Part shown: positions 38,089 to 48,413 of the stretch, piece after piece | Layout: each line of letters starts with the position of its first letter | How positions within the stretch are numbered: the stretch's first letter is position 1 | Origin: a candidate division FCPU426 bacterium | GTDB taxonomy: Bacteria; Oederibacteriota; Muellerivitia; Muellerivitales; Muellerivitaceae | DNA: 64,000 nt | Assembly: GCA_963771075.1 (NCBI GenBank) | Contig: CAVYSE010000028.1 | Coordinates: forward strand, 96,001 to 160,000 | Reading direction: 5' to 3' | Translations under genes and position numbers: made by a program | Notes under the pieces: model-generated | What the model was told of the DNA's origin: nothing | Seen by the model: only the letters and a program-made list of their open reading frames with translations | The model's database searches: none

Positions 38089-39501
38089 CACTCTTGTCCT
38101 AAATAAAGGACTAAAAAAAGACACCTCCGACTGAAGTAGAATTGGGTTAGTCGACAAGCCCAAAGCGACGGTTACCAGCCGTCGCTACTTCAAACATCCG
38201 GAGGCGTATTTCGATGGTACCACCAACCAGTCTTTTTGCCCAAGTGTTGAAAATTGTGGATCGCACGGCTTTTGAACGAATTGTGCGGGAGTTTGAAGCC
38301 GAAAAACACGCCAAGGGGTTCAGTTGCTGGAATCAGTTTGTTTCCATGCTTTTCTGCCAGATGGGAGCCGCCCATTCCTTGAGGGAAATCTGTGGTGGCC
38401 TCCACACGGCCCTTGGGAAATTGACCCATTTGGGTCTTTGCGAAGCACCCACTAAATCCACCTTGGCTTACGCTAACGCCAACCGTCCTTGGCAGGTTCA
38501 GCAAAGTCTTTTCTACCATCTGCTATCGAAGTGTCAGCTACAGGCGGCCATCTCGAAGAGGAAATTCAAGTTCAAGAATCCCCTCTACAGCCTGGACTCC
38601 AGCACCATTGATCTTTGTTTGTCAGTCTTCGACTGGGCAAAGTTCCGTAGGACCAAAGGGGCCATCAAACTCCATCTCTTGCTGGATCATCAGGGATACT
38701 TGCCCTGCTGGGGACTCGTAACGGAGGGAGGCGTGCATGACGTGAAAGTGGCTCAAAAGCTGGATTTTCCGGTGGATTCAATCGTAGTGATGGATCGGGG
38801 ATATGTGGATTTCTTTCTTCTGGCCCGATGGACGTTCCAAGGCGTGTGGTGGGTGACCCGTGCCAAGATCAACATGGCCTACGAGGTGGTGAAGAACCTG
38901 CCGGTTCCGAAAACGGGCAACGTCCTGAAGGACCAAGTGATACGGTTAACAACGTTTCGGTCACAGGAAGCCTACCCGAAAGAGATGCGACGAGTGGTGG
39001 TATGGGACGAAGACCAGAAGCGGGAACTCGTATTCCTTACCAACCACATGGGTTTTGCTGCCTCGACGGTGGCGGCCATCTACAAGGAACGTTGGCAGAT
39101 CGAGTTGTTCTTCAAGGCTCTCAAGCAGAACTTACGGGTGAAGACTTTCGTAGGGACCACTGAGAATGCTGTTCAGACGCAGATTTGGACAGCATTGATT
39201 GCCATGCTGCTGTTGAAATTCCTTCAACTGAAGAGCCATATCGCCTGGAGCCTGTCCCACTTGGCGGCCATGCTGCGGATGAATCTATTGACCTACCGCG
39301 ATTTGTGGGCTTGGTTGGATGCACCATTCCTGGTGGCGAGATTGGAACCGGCGGAAAAACAGATGGAATTAATACCCTCGTGATTTGGACAGCATCCGGA
39401 CGAAAGGGGGGGGCTTATCCCTGGAAATTCACAAACCTGTCCAAAATCGCTTGTTTTTCTTGGGGGGCAGCGGTCAGATTGAGTTGTTTAGGATAGCAGT
39501 G
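38089..39501 (+). mobile_element. IS4-family element, 1413 bp, with 9-bp target duplication
   Basis: IRs CACTCTTGTCCTAAATA and CACTGCTATCCTAAACA (reverse complement); direct repeat TAGTAAACC at 38080-38088 and 39502-39510. Confidence 0.95.
38214..39383 (+). CDS. IS4-family DDE transposase
   Basis: LDSSTIDL, VMDRGY, YKERWQIELFFKALKQ (YREK motif). Confidence 0.97.
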   Translation: MVPPTSLFAQVLKIVDRTAFERIVREFEAEKHAKGFSCWNQFVSMLFCQMGAAHSLREICGGLHTALGKLTHLGLCEAPTKSTLAYANANRPWQVQQSLFYHLLSKCQLQAAISKRKFKFKNPLYSLDSSTIDLCLSVFDWAKFRRTKGAIKLHLLLDHQGYLPCWGLVTEGGVHDVKVAQKLDFPVDSIVVMDRGYVDFFLLARWTFQGVWWVTRAKINMAYEVVKNLPVPKTGNVLKDQVIRLTTFRSQEAYPKEMRRVVVWDEDQKRELVFLTNHMGFAASTVAAIYKERWQIELFFKALKQNLRVKTFVGTTENAVQTQIWTALIAMLLLKFLQLKSHIAWSLSHLAAMLRMNLLTYRDLWAWLDAPFLVARLEPAEKQMELIPS

Positions 39502-40605
39502 TAGTAAACCAACGCCTGAATTTGCGAATCGTCTTTGAAACTTCTGGTCCATTGCCCTTGTAAATAAGCGTTTTGATCCACAGAGGTGTTTTGATCCATA
39601 AGCGGTTGACTATTGGCAATATTCCATAAGGGAAGGGAAATAGTGGCTATCTGAAGGTAACTAAAATATCCTTTTTGCGCTCCCCCCTGGATATTCAGGT
39701 CATTGCCTTCCTCTCCATGGTAATCCAACCGGAAACTTGCCCGGCCGTCGTTCCATCCGTCGTTCCACAGGCTTCCGTTGCTATCCTCGTTGTATTCTTG
39801 GAAAGGCTGATAATAGGAGGCATGTGCATCGATTTTATAAAAAAGGCTGTCGCCCAAACTGCCTCCATAGCGAGCCGTTTGGACGCTATCCATGGGAAGA
39901 CCCTGGGCTTGTGCCACGGCCGTTCCAGTGGAATAAACGGGCATCCCCTCCGAGGTCGAAAGGTATAACCCCTGGGCCGTTTTGGCGTCCTTGGTGATGA
40001 TGTTAATCACGCCGTTGATAGCGTTGGAGCCCCAAAGTGCGCCTCCGGGCCCTCGAATCACTTCGATGCGGTCTATCTCTTCCAGTGGGATATCCAATTC
40101 ACTCCAATTCACCCCGCCTGTGATGGGTTGGTAAACGCTTCGGCCGTCGACCAGCACCAGCATCTTATCGTTGTATTGGTCGTCAAAACCCCTGGCGCTG
40201 ATGGCCCACTGGTTATTGTTTTGGCGGGCGACCTGGACACCGGGAACCATGGTCAGCAAGTCGGGGATCGAACGGGCCCCGCTTTGCTGGATGTCCTCCT
40301 GGGTGATGACGAAAATAGCCGAGGTGGCGTTCATCAGGGATTCGGCCTTCTTGGAGGAGGAGGTCACCACCACGTTCAACCCCATCAGGCTTTCCAAGCT
40401 GACCTGGGTCAGGTCCTGGGTGGGAGCGGGCGTCGCGGCGGCTGGCGCACCCTGGGGAGTGTCGGCCAAAGTGGCCACCGGCGTGGCCTGCTCCAGGGCT
40501 GGCTTCACGTCTTGCGCCGGGAGGAATCCTGTCTGGGCGAGGCTCAACAAGAAGCCCAGGACTGGGATTTTGATCCACAGAGATCTTTTCATAGCGCAAT
40601 CTCCT

Positions 40606-41058
40606 TTAACGATTATCCAACCGCAAGACTTCTTCCAACCGCAGGGCTAATACCAATCCCCCGCCCCACGGGCAGGCTCCCCGAATGAGACGCCTCACTT
40701 GGGAGGGGACGGTCGAAGGCGGTTCCTGGAACCGCTCCGGGTCCATCTCCACCACATCTCCAAGCTCATCGACCATCAAACTGACCGGTTCCCCCGGCAT
40801 TTTTAATACCAGGTGGGCGGGACGGGAGGGCGTTTTCGTCCCTATGCCCAAGCGATGGTTCAAGCCGATAACGGTTAAAACCTGGCCCCGCAGGTTCATG
40901 AGGCCCTTTACTTCGGGGTGGGCCAGCGGCACCGACGTGACCGCCCCTCCCCGCACCACTTCAGCCACGTTCAAGGCCTCGATTCCAAAGGTCATGTCGC
41001 CCGCCTTAAAAAGACAGAAGGGTTGGGGTCCGTTCACGGGCATGCCGGGGGAGGTCAT
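40606..41058 (-). CDS. cheW: CheW coupling protein
   Basis: VPLA...GLMNLRGQVLTVI, LMVDELGDV. Confidence 0.93.
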   Translation of the reverse strand: MTSPGMPVNGPQPFCLFKAGDMTFGIEALNVAEVVRGGAVTSVPLAHPEVKGLMNLRGQVLTVIGLNHRLGIGTKTPSRPAHLVLKMPGEPVSLMVDELGDVVEMDPERFQEPPSTVPSQVRRLIRGACPWGGGLVLALRLEEVLRLDNR

Positions 41059-43256
41059 GCGATTCCCAATCCTTCAAAAAATTCGGGCTGGTTCCAGCCC
41101 TTTTCGCCCCCGGCCCGAAGGGACTCCAACCGGAGAAGGCCTTCCAGGTCCACTAGGTCTGTCGATTGGCCCCCGATCGGCAGGGTTCCCCGGATGCCCG
41201 GGCGGCCCAAGCAATCGGATATCTCCGCGGAAGGGCTTTCAAGAATATCCAACGCTTCCTCCACCTCCAGGGCGAAGGTTTTTCCCTTATGGGAGCAAAC
41301 AACAGCTTGCGTTTTTTCATCCGGCTTTTTGGATGGGCCCACGAAGGAATCATCCCTCGACAAAAGCCGGGCGGATCTTAACAGTAAAAGAAGCTTGCCC
41401 TCATGGGGAACGGTTTCCACAGCGCCGGTGGATTGGACTTCCTCCGGCAGGAACGAAGCCAGCCTCAGGACCGATTCCAGGTCCAGGGCAAGGCGGTCCA
41501 TCGAAGCGGTCTTAAAAACCAAAAACTTGCGGGAAACCCCTTCCTGGGAAGTTGGGTCCGTACGGGCCTGCGGAACGGACTCTGATTCACTAAGGGTTTT
41601 AAGGAATTCAATGCCGGCCTTTTGGGCCAATCCGCGGACATCCAGGATCAGGGTCACCCGCCCATCCCCCAGGATCGTGGACCCCGACCAAACGGGGATG
41701 GTCTTGAGGTGATGGCCCAGCGGCTTCACGACTACCTCTTGGAAATCGCCAACGCCCTCCAGGAGCAAACCAAAATCACCGCGGTCATAGTTCAACACCG
41801 CGATATAGCGGGTTCGCTGGGCCTGGTTGGTATCCGGTGGAAAGGCGAGGACTTCCCGCAGGATGACCAGCGGAAGAAGTTTCCCCCGCAACCGATAAAC
41901 AGGCGCTTGATGGATTTTATTTAACTCCTTGGACGCCTTTTCGGGGTCCAGACGGATCAATTCCTTGAGGGCGGCCCGGGGCAAGACAAAGGTCTGACCT
42001 CCGGTTTCCACCAGCAGGGCGGGAAGCACCGCCAGTGTCAGGGGAATTCTCAGGCGGAAAAGGGTGCCTTGGCCTTTTTTCGATTCCACCTCCACCTTGC
42101 CGCCCATACGGTCCAGGTTGGCTTTGACCACATCCATCCCAACCCCCCGGCCCGAGAATTGGGTGACTTCCTTCGCGGTGGAAAAACCCGCTTGGAAGAT
42201 CAGCTGGGAAGCCTTTTCCATGTCCAGATGGGCGGCTTCTTCTGCGGTAATCAGTTTTTCCTGCACGGCCTTCGCTCGGATCTTCTCAAGGGAAAGACCC
42301 GCCCCGTCGTCGGAAACCTCGACCAGGACCTGGCCCGATTCATGGGAGGCCTTTAACCTCAATTTTCCATCGGGGGACTTCCCGGCCTTTTGTCGATTCT
42401 CCGGGCTTTCCAACCCATGGTCGACGGCGTTGCGCACCAGATGGGTCAAGGGATCCCGGATCAATTCCAGAAGACCCTTATCCACCTCGGTTTCCCCGCC
42501 GATCATTTCCAAAACGACTTTCTTGCCGCAGGCGTCCCCTATATCCCGCACTAACCGGGGAAACCTGTTCCAAAGCACCGAAATGGGCTGAAGCCTCGCT
42601 TTCATCACCTTTTCCTGCAAGCGCATGGAAAGGTCGCTGAGGGGCTGGAGGCGGGAGATCCATTGTGGATTTTTTTCAGAAAGCGCCCATTGAAGGGCTT
42701 GGTTGCGGGCCAGGACCAATTCACCGCTGAGATTCATCAAGTGGTCCAATTGGGCCACATCTATCCGCAACGCCGTATCCTCGATAACGGAGGGGGTGGA
42801 TGACGATCCCTCCGGGGTTTTGGGGGAAACGGAAGCGGAAACTTGGGAAGAATCGGACGGAAGGGTTGGTGAAAGTTGGGCAAGCGCCTCCATTCGGGAA
42901 AGAATAGAGGAATCATCGGCTTTGCCTTCGGTCTGGTCGGTTTCCACATGGGATAGGATTCGGCGAATGGAGTCCACCAGGGCGAGCAGACCTCCGGTCA
43001 TGACCCGGGTGATCTTGAGTTTATCGGCCCGCAGGAGACTAAGAATGTTTTCACCTGAATGGGCCAGCTTAGCCAGTCGGGCATAGCCAAGAAATCCGCT
43101 GGTTCCCTTGAGGGTGTGGAGCGTTCGATAGATCTGGGCGAGTTTTTCCTTGTCAGAGGGGTTCTTTTCATAACTCATGAGATCCCGCTCGAACTTATCC
43201 AACCCCTCGTAACTTTCGAGGAGAAACTCTTTTGTTATTTCATCCATTTCGGCCAA
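41055..43256 (-). CDS. cheA: CheA histidine kinase with a second CheW-like domain
   Basis: Hpt RTLHTLKG; HLVRNAVDHG; DDGAG; GFST...SGRGVGMDVV; P5 domain plus extra CheW-like C-terminus. Confidence 0.96.
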   Translation of the reverse strand: MAEMDEITKEFLLESYEGLDKFERDLMSYEKNPSDKEKLAQIYRTLHTLKGTSGFLGYARLAKLAHSGENILSLLRADKLKITRVMTGGLLALVDSIRRILSHVETDQTEGKADDSSILSRMEALAQLSPTLPSDSSQVSASVSPKTPEGSSSTPSVIEDTALRIDVAQLDHLMNLSGELVLARNQALQWALSEKNPQWISRLQPLSDLSMRLQEKVMKARLQPISVLWNRFPRLVRDIGDACGKKVVLEMIGGETEVDKGLLELIRDPLTHLVRNAVDHGLESPENRQKAGKSPDGKLRLKASHESGQVLVEVSDDGAGLSLEKIRAKAVQEKLITAEEAAHLDMEKASQLIFQAGFSTAKEVTQFSGRGVGMDVVKANLDRMGGKVEVESKKGQGTLFRLRIPLTLAVLPALLVETGGQTFVLPRAALKELIRLDPEKASKELNKIHQAPVYRLRGKLLPLVILREVLAFPPDTNQAQRTRYIAVLNYDRGDFGLLLEGVGDFQEVVVKPLGHHLKTIPVWSGSTILGDGRVTLILDVRGLAQKAGIEFLKTLSESESVPQARTDPTSQEGVSRKFLVFKTASMDRLALDLESVLRLASFLPEEVQSTGAVETVPHEGKLLLLLRSARLLSRDDSFVGPSKKPDEKTQAVVCSHKGKTFALEVEEALDILESPSAEISDCLGRPGIRGTLPIGGQSTDLVDLEGLLRLESLRAGGEKGWNQPEFFEGLGIA

Positions 43257-43599
43257 GAAACTCTCCCAAATTCCACTCAGTAACCGTTAAAAAAACCTCA
43301 AACTTTTATCGAGAAAACGCGAAGATCGTGAAGAAAAGCAAAGTATTGTTTGACCCTATAATTTAAAGGTTAAACCTTATCCTTTAGGTTAACCGGGATA
43401 AGTATTAAACCTCTGCAACATGCAAACTTCACCCTAAAAACCAGCACTAAAATCAACATTTTATATAAAGATTTCCAAATTGAACTGTTTCAAAAGTGCA
43501 TTTATCTCCGACACGCCCTTGTGGGATAAAGGGGCGGCCGTTAACCTGAAGACCTAAAACCATTTTCCATGCGGATGATGAGGAAAGGTCATTCATTTC

Positions 43600-44562
43600 A
43601 TGACGGAAATAGAAAAAGCCGCCCGAATCATCCAAGAAGGCGGTTTGGTGGCCTTTCCCACCGAAACGGTTTATGGTTTGGGCGCCGATGCCCTCAATCC
43701 CATGGCAGTGGCCCGCATCTTCGAGGTTAAACACCGCCCTCAATTTGATCCCCTTATTGTTCACGTGGCGGATCTGCGCCAAGCCGAGATATTGGTTAAA
43801 AACCTGCCTTCTCGGGCGGTGAAATTGGCCGATGCCTTTTGGCCCGGTCCCCTGACCCTGGTTTTGGAAAAAAGCCCCTTGATTCCCGATTTGGTCACCG
43901 CTTCCCTTCCCACCGTCGCCCTACGGGTGCCGGATCATCCCCTGGCCTTGAGCCTGATACAAGAGTCGGGCAGGCCCATCGCGGCGCCCAGCGCGAACCC
44001 TTTTGGAGGCGTCAGCCCCACGACCGCCGGTCATGTCCATAAATCCTTGGGCGGGAAAGTAGACCTCATCCTGGATGGCGGAGCCTGCCGCGTGGGTGTG
44101 GAATCCACGGTCCTTTCCCTTACAGGGGAAATTCCCGTTTTACTTCGTCCGGGCGGGGTCAGCCTGGAGGATCTTCAATCCCTCCTGGGCGAAGTGGCTC
44201 TGGCCCAGGAAGGGTCCCTTCCCCAGGCCCCCGGCCAGCTTCCCAGCCATTACGCGCCTTGCACTCCCCTTCGATTTCTCGACCGGCTTCCCTCCCAATC
44301 TTTTAAAGGCCAATGGGGGCTTCTCACCCTACAACCCATCAAGGAAAACCATTCCTTTGAGGTGATTGAATGTTTATCGGCCGCGGGCGACCTTCGGGAA
44401 GCGGCGGCCAATCTTTTTTCATCCTTGCGGAAATTGGACTCGATGGGATTGGACGGGATCCTGGCCCTTTCCGTCCCCGAGATAGGATTGGGGCGGGCGA
44501 TCAACGACCGACTGAGGCGAGCCGGCGCCCAAACGGATCCGTCCCGCCCAACCCAGTCCTAA
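43600..44562 (+). CDS. sua5: L-threonylcarbamoyladenylate synthase (Sua5 type)
   Basis: VAFPTETVYGLGA, PLIVH, AAPSAN, APGQLPSHYAP, AINDRLRRA. Confidence 0.95.
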   Translation: MTEIEKAARIIQEGGLVAFPTETVYGLGADALNPMAVARIFEVKHRPQFDPLIVHVADLRQAEILVKNLPSRAVKLADAFWPGPLTLVLEKSPLIPDLVTASLPTVALRVPDHPLALSLIQESGRPIAAPSANPFGGVSPTTAGHVHKSLGGKVDLILDGGACRVGVESTVLSLTGEIPVLLRPGGVSLEDLQSLLGEVALAQEGSLPQAPGQLPSHYAPCTPLRFLDRLPSQSFKGQWGLLTLQPIKENHSFEVIECLSAAGDLREAAANLFSSLRKLDSMGLDGILALSVPEIGLGRAINDRLRRAGAQTDPSRPTQS

Positions 44563-44984
44563 CTGGAATGATCCGATACCGGCGTAAGTTCTTCCGGTGG
44601 CAGCAGTCCCAGAAGACTTCCGACCATTCGATCGATATCGGAATCGGTTTGAAAAGGAGGATCATTCTTGAAAAAGCCTTCCGATTGGAAACATCGGGCT
44701 AATCGATCCTCCAAATCCGCGATCATTAGGACCTTCATGTTGGAATAAAGGCCCCGGAGGCGCACCATCAATTCCAGGACATCGGGACAAGCCCCGTCCA
44801 GGTCCATGATGAGAAGGTCATAACCCTGGGCTTCAAGTTTGTTCCAGGCTTGGGAAATCCTCTCAACCCCTTCGGTTTCAAAACCCAGTTCCCCAAAATA
44901 ACGACATCCCTGGGAGCGCGCACCGGGCTTGGGTTCCAAGACAAGAATTTTAAAATCATTCAGTGGCATGGTTTCCTCGGGCAT
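44559..44984 (-). CDS. Atypical receiver-domain protein
   Basis: KILVLE...YDLLIMDLD; start uncertain. Confidence 0.6.
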   Translation of the reverse strand: MPEETMPLNDFKILVLEPKPGARSQGCRYFGELGFETEGVERISQAWNKLEAQGYDLLIMDLDGACPDVLELMVRLRGLYSNMKVLMIADLEDRLARCFQSEGFFKNDPPFQTDSDIDRMVGSLLGLLPPEELTPVSDHSS

Positions 44985-45159
44985 CGCTGTTTGGATGAAT
45001 CGGACATGAAACTCCGACCGCCTTATGATGCCTAATGGTTGTCTAAACATTTATGTTCAATGTCATAAACAACAGGACAAATCCGTTTGGAGGCCTGTGT
45101 TAAAGAGGGGCGAAAGAGGCTAAAATTTCGTTGTTTTCATCCACCGGACGGAGGATTTC

Positions 45160-46128
45160 ATGCGTTATCGTCGTCTTGGACAAACTGACCTGGAGGTTTC
45201 CGAAATCAGCCTGGGTTGCTGGACCCTGGGAGGTTTGAATTGGGTCAACGGTTCCCCCAACGGCTGGGCCAACGTGGATGAGGCGGAGGTCAAACGGGCC
45301 ATCGATTACGCCCTGGAGCAAGGGGTGAACCACTTCGATAACGCGGATGTCTACGGGAACGGGCGGGCCGAACAGATGCTCGCGCGGTTATTAGGCGACC
45401 GGACAAAAAAAGTCTCCATCGCGTCCAAGATCGGCTGGTTTCCGGGGACGGCGGCCCATGCCTACGAAGCCGCCCATATCCGCCACCAGTGCGAACAATC
45501 CCTGATTAACCTGAGGCGGGATGTCATCGACCTTTATTATTTCCACCACGGGGACTTCGGCCCGAATGACCGGTACCTGGATGGAGCCGTGGACACGATG
45601 GTTAAATTAAGGAAAGAGGGAAAAATACGCCTGATCGGGCTATCCTCCTATTCCCACAAGGATTTCGAGAGGCTGGTTCCCCAAGTGAAGCCCGATGTGC
45701 TTCAAAGCTGGGCCCACATCATGGATGACCAGTTTATCCGGGAAGGCTCCCCGGTCCGAAAACTGTTGGATGGGCGGAAAATGAGTTTCGTGGCCTTCTC
45801 CCCCCTAAACCAGGGCCTGCTGTTGGGCAAATTCGATCCTAAAAATCCCCCCCAATTCGAGGCCGGGGACCATCGGCTCGGGGACAAGCGCTTCACCTCC
45901 GAAAACCTATTGGACCTCCAACCCAAAATCGAAAGACTGAAAACCCGGTTCGGTTCGGACGTGAGGGACCTGGCCCGGGTCGCCTTGCAGTACCTTTTGG
46001 CCGAGCCGGTGACTGCCTGCGTTATCCCGGGTTTCCGGAATCTCCACCAGGTGCAGGTCAATCTTTCGGGGGCGGAGAGCCCCCTGACGGCGGAAGACCT
46101 GGCCTATATCCGGCAAACTTTTGTTTAG
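45160..46128 (+). CDS. Aldo/keto reductase
   Basis: YRRLGQTDLEVSEISLG, FDNADVYG, IDLYYFH, SPLNQGLL. Confidence 0.95.
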   Translation: MRYRRLGQTDLEVSEISLGCWTLGGLNWVNGSPNGWANVDEAEVKRAIDYALEQGVNHFDNADVYGNGRAEQMLARLLGDRTKKVSIASKIGWFPGTAAHAYEAAHIRHQCEQSLINLRRDVIDLYYFHHGDFGPNDRYLDGAVDTMVKLRKEGKIRLIGLSSYSHKDFERLVPQVKPDVLQSWAHIMDDQFIREGSPVRKLLDGRKMSFVAFSPLNQGLLLGKFDPKNPPQFEAGDHRLGDKRFTSENLLDLQPKIERLKTRFGSDVRDLARVALQYLLAEPVTACVIPGFRNLHQVQVNLSGAESPLTAEDLAYIRQTFV

Positions 46129-46184
46129 CGGATGGGGTTAAGCCGTTTTCACGAATAGTTTTTATAAAACTACCGGAGGAAAAA

Positions 46185-46742
46185 ATGAAAAGAATATATT
46201 GGATTTTAACTTTTGCTCTGCTTTTTCAATCCCAGGCCCGCTCCCAGGATAACAGCGACACGGCGAACAAGGCCGCCATGGAAGCCGCGATTGTCTCGCC
46301 TTGGTTTTTGGGAATCAGCCTGGGCGCGTCCATCCCCTCGGAACAATGGGACCCCAACTTCCCCCTCGGCGGAGGGGGCGTCCTATCGGGGGGTTACCGG
46401 TTGAATACCGCCCTGGCCCTTCAGTTGGATTTGAACCCCTGGTTCTACACCGGCGGGGGGGATACCCTGACCGACTCCAGGATATTTTGCGATTTGCGGG
46501 TCAGTTTCCCCAGCAAAGGCTATGTCACCTATTTCCTCATCGGGCCAGGCTATGACGTTCAAGTGGCCAATAACGACGGCTATAACACTTCAACCCTAGC
46601 CGGAAATTTGGGTTTGGGGGCTCAATTCGATATTCACTCGGGGGAGCATATCTTTATCGAGGGCCGCTATGACATCTTGTTTTATAAGAACCTCAACCAG
46701 CAAGATGTACCTATTCTTTTTGGCCTGATGGAAGATTTGTAA
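46185..46742 (+). CDS. Small outer-membrane beta-barrel protein
   Basis: Signal peptide; alternating Gly/aromatic strands (GYRLN, GLGAQF, FIEGRY). Confidence 0.7.
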   Translation: MKRIYWILTFALLFQSQARSQDNSDTANKAAMEAAIVSPWFLGISLGASIPSEQWDPNFPLGGGGVLSGGYRLNTALALQLDLNPWFYTGGGDTLTDSRIFCDLRVSFPSKGYVTYFLIGPGYDVQVANNDGYNTSTLAGNLGLGAQFDIHSGEHIFIEGRYDILFYKNLNQQDVPILFGLMEDL

Positions 46743-46892
46743 CCGTCCAGGCAAAAGTCAAACCAAACCTCAACACAAAGAAACAAATTTCTTTTGCCAT
46801 AAGCCTTCGGTTTTATCGACTTCAAAATAACAAGCCACCCTTTGAGTCTTTGAGTTGGATTATTTAAACAGCATTAAGGAGATAGAAAAGCC

Positions 46893-48413
46893 ATGGCATC
46901 CCAAACGGCCTACGAAGAACTCTTGAAACGCATGAATGAGATCGCCCTCTTAGGCAACACGGCGGGCGTGCTGGGCTGGGACCAGGAAGTTTACATGCCC
47001 TCCGCCAACGCCCCTTACCGGGCGGAGCAGGAATCGCTCCTGGCGGGGATGATCCACCAGAAATTCACCGATCCCCGGGTGGGCGAATGGATCGCGGCCG
47101 CGGAGGCCTCGAAAGATCTCACGGGTGACGCCCTCTCCGACAGCGCCATCAATTTGCGGGAATGGCGCCGTTCCTACGACCGATCCAAGAAACTACCCCA
47201 ATCCCTGGTCGAGGAGATGGCCCGGGTTTCCTCCAACGCCCAGGTGGAATGGGTGGAGGCCCGGAAAACCAGCGACTTCAAGCGGTTCCAGCCCTGGCTG
47301 GAAAAGATCCTCAAACTCGTCCAGGAACAGGCCAAACACTACGGCTACCAGGACCATCCCTACGATGCCCTGTTAGAGGATTACGAACCCGGCCTGACCA
47401 CGAAAAAGCTCGACGCTTTGTTCCCCCCTTTAAGGGATAAGCTGTCGGCCCTCTCGGCCAAAATCACTTCCTCCCGTCGCCAACCCGACCTTTCCATTCT
47501 CAAACGGCCCTGCCCAGTGCCCGCCCAACAGGCCTTCTGCCGAAAATTGGCCGAGTCGATCGGTTTTGATTTCAACCGGGGACGCATCGACGTTTCCGCC
47601 CATCCCTTCACGACAGGTCTGGGGCCCGGGGACACGCGCATCACCACCCGGTTCGAGGAAACCAACTTCGAAAACGCCTTTTTCTCCACACTGCACGAGG
47701 CCGGCCACGGCATCTATGACCAGGGTTTGCCCTCGAGCCTGGACCTTTACGGCACGCCCCGCGCCTCTGCCGTTTCCCTGGGCATCCATGAGTCCCAATC
47801 CCGCCTGTGGGAAAACCTGGTGGGACGGAGCCTGGCCTTCTGGAAGTATTTTTTTCCGGAACTTCAAAAATCCTTCCCAGGGACCTTCGACGACGTGACG
47901 GTGGAGCAATTCCATTTCGCCATCAACCACTCCGCGCCCTCCCTCATCCGCACCGAGTCGGATGAGGTAACCTACAACCTGCACGTTTGCCTGCGCTACG
48001 AGATCGAGACCAGCCTCCTCGCGGGAAAATTGGAGACGGCCGAGGTGCCTCACCGCTGGAATGAATTAACGAAAAAATACCTGGGAATCACGCCCCCCAA
48101 CGACGCACAGGGCTGTTTGCAGGACGTGCATTGGAGCCACGGCAGTTTCGGCTATTTCCCCACCTATACCCTGGGAAACCTCTACTCCGCCCAGTTCTTC
48201 GCGGCGGCGGACCGGGAAGTCGGGCCCCTGGTCCCGGGATTCGAAAGGGGCGATTTCAAAGCCTTGAAAGGATGGCTCAACCAAAAAATCCACGCCGAGG
48301 GGCAAAAATACCTGGCGGGGGATTTGTGCGGGAAGGTGACGGGAAAACCCCTCAGCCCCGAGCCCTTCCTGGACTACCTGGGGAAAAAATTCGGGTCGTT
48401 ATACGGGTTTTAA
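46893..48413 (+). CDS. M32 metallocarboxypeptidase
   Basis: HPF, HEAGH, HESQSRLWEN, GCLQDVHW, GYFPTY. Confidence 0.96.
   Translation: MASQTAYEELLKRMNEIALLGNTAGVLGWDQEVYMPSANAPYRAEQESLLAGMIHQKFTDPRVGEWIAAAEASKDLTGDALSDSAINLREWRRSYDRSKKLPQSLVEEMARVSSNAQVEWVEARKTSDFKRFQPWLEKILKLVQEQAKHYGYQDHPYDALLEDYEPGLTTKKLDALFPPLRDKLSALSAKITSSRRQPDLSILKRPCPVPAQQAFCRKLAESIGFDFNRGRIDVSAHPFTTGLGPGDTRITTRFEETNFENAFFSTLHEAGHGIYDQGLPSSLDLYGTPRASAVSLGIHESQSRLWENLVGRSLAFWKYFFPELQKSFPGTFDDVTVEQFHFAINHSAPSLIRTESDEVTYNLHVCLRYEIETSLLAGKLETAEVPHRWNELTKKYLGITPPNDAQGCLQDVHWSHGSFGYFPTYTLGNLYSAQFFAAADREVGPLVPGFERGDFKALKGWLNQKIHAEGQKYLAGDLCGKVTGKPLSPEPFLDYLGKKFGSLYGF

Larger units (their letters stand above)
36945..40592 (-). 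pseudogene. TonB-dependent receptor interrupted by IS4
   Basis: Plug motifs AIFVITQEDI..SGA..PDLL..VPG and IDRIEVIRGPGGALWGSNAINGVINIITK. Removing the IS and one direct repeat restores a single frame (QALVYY-SYDNQSQ...RFHLNDWNE), 2226 bp / 741 aa. Confidence 0.93.
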
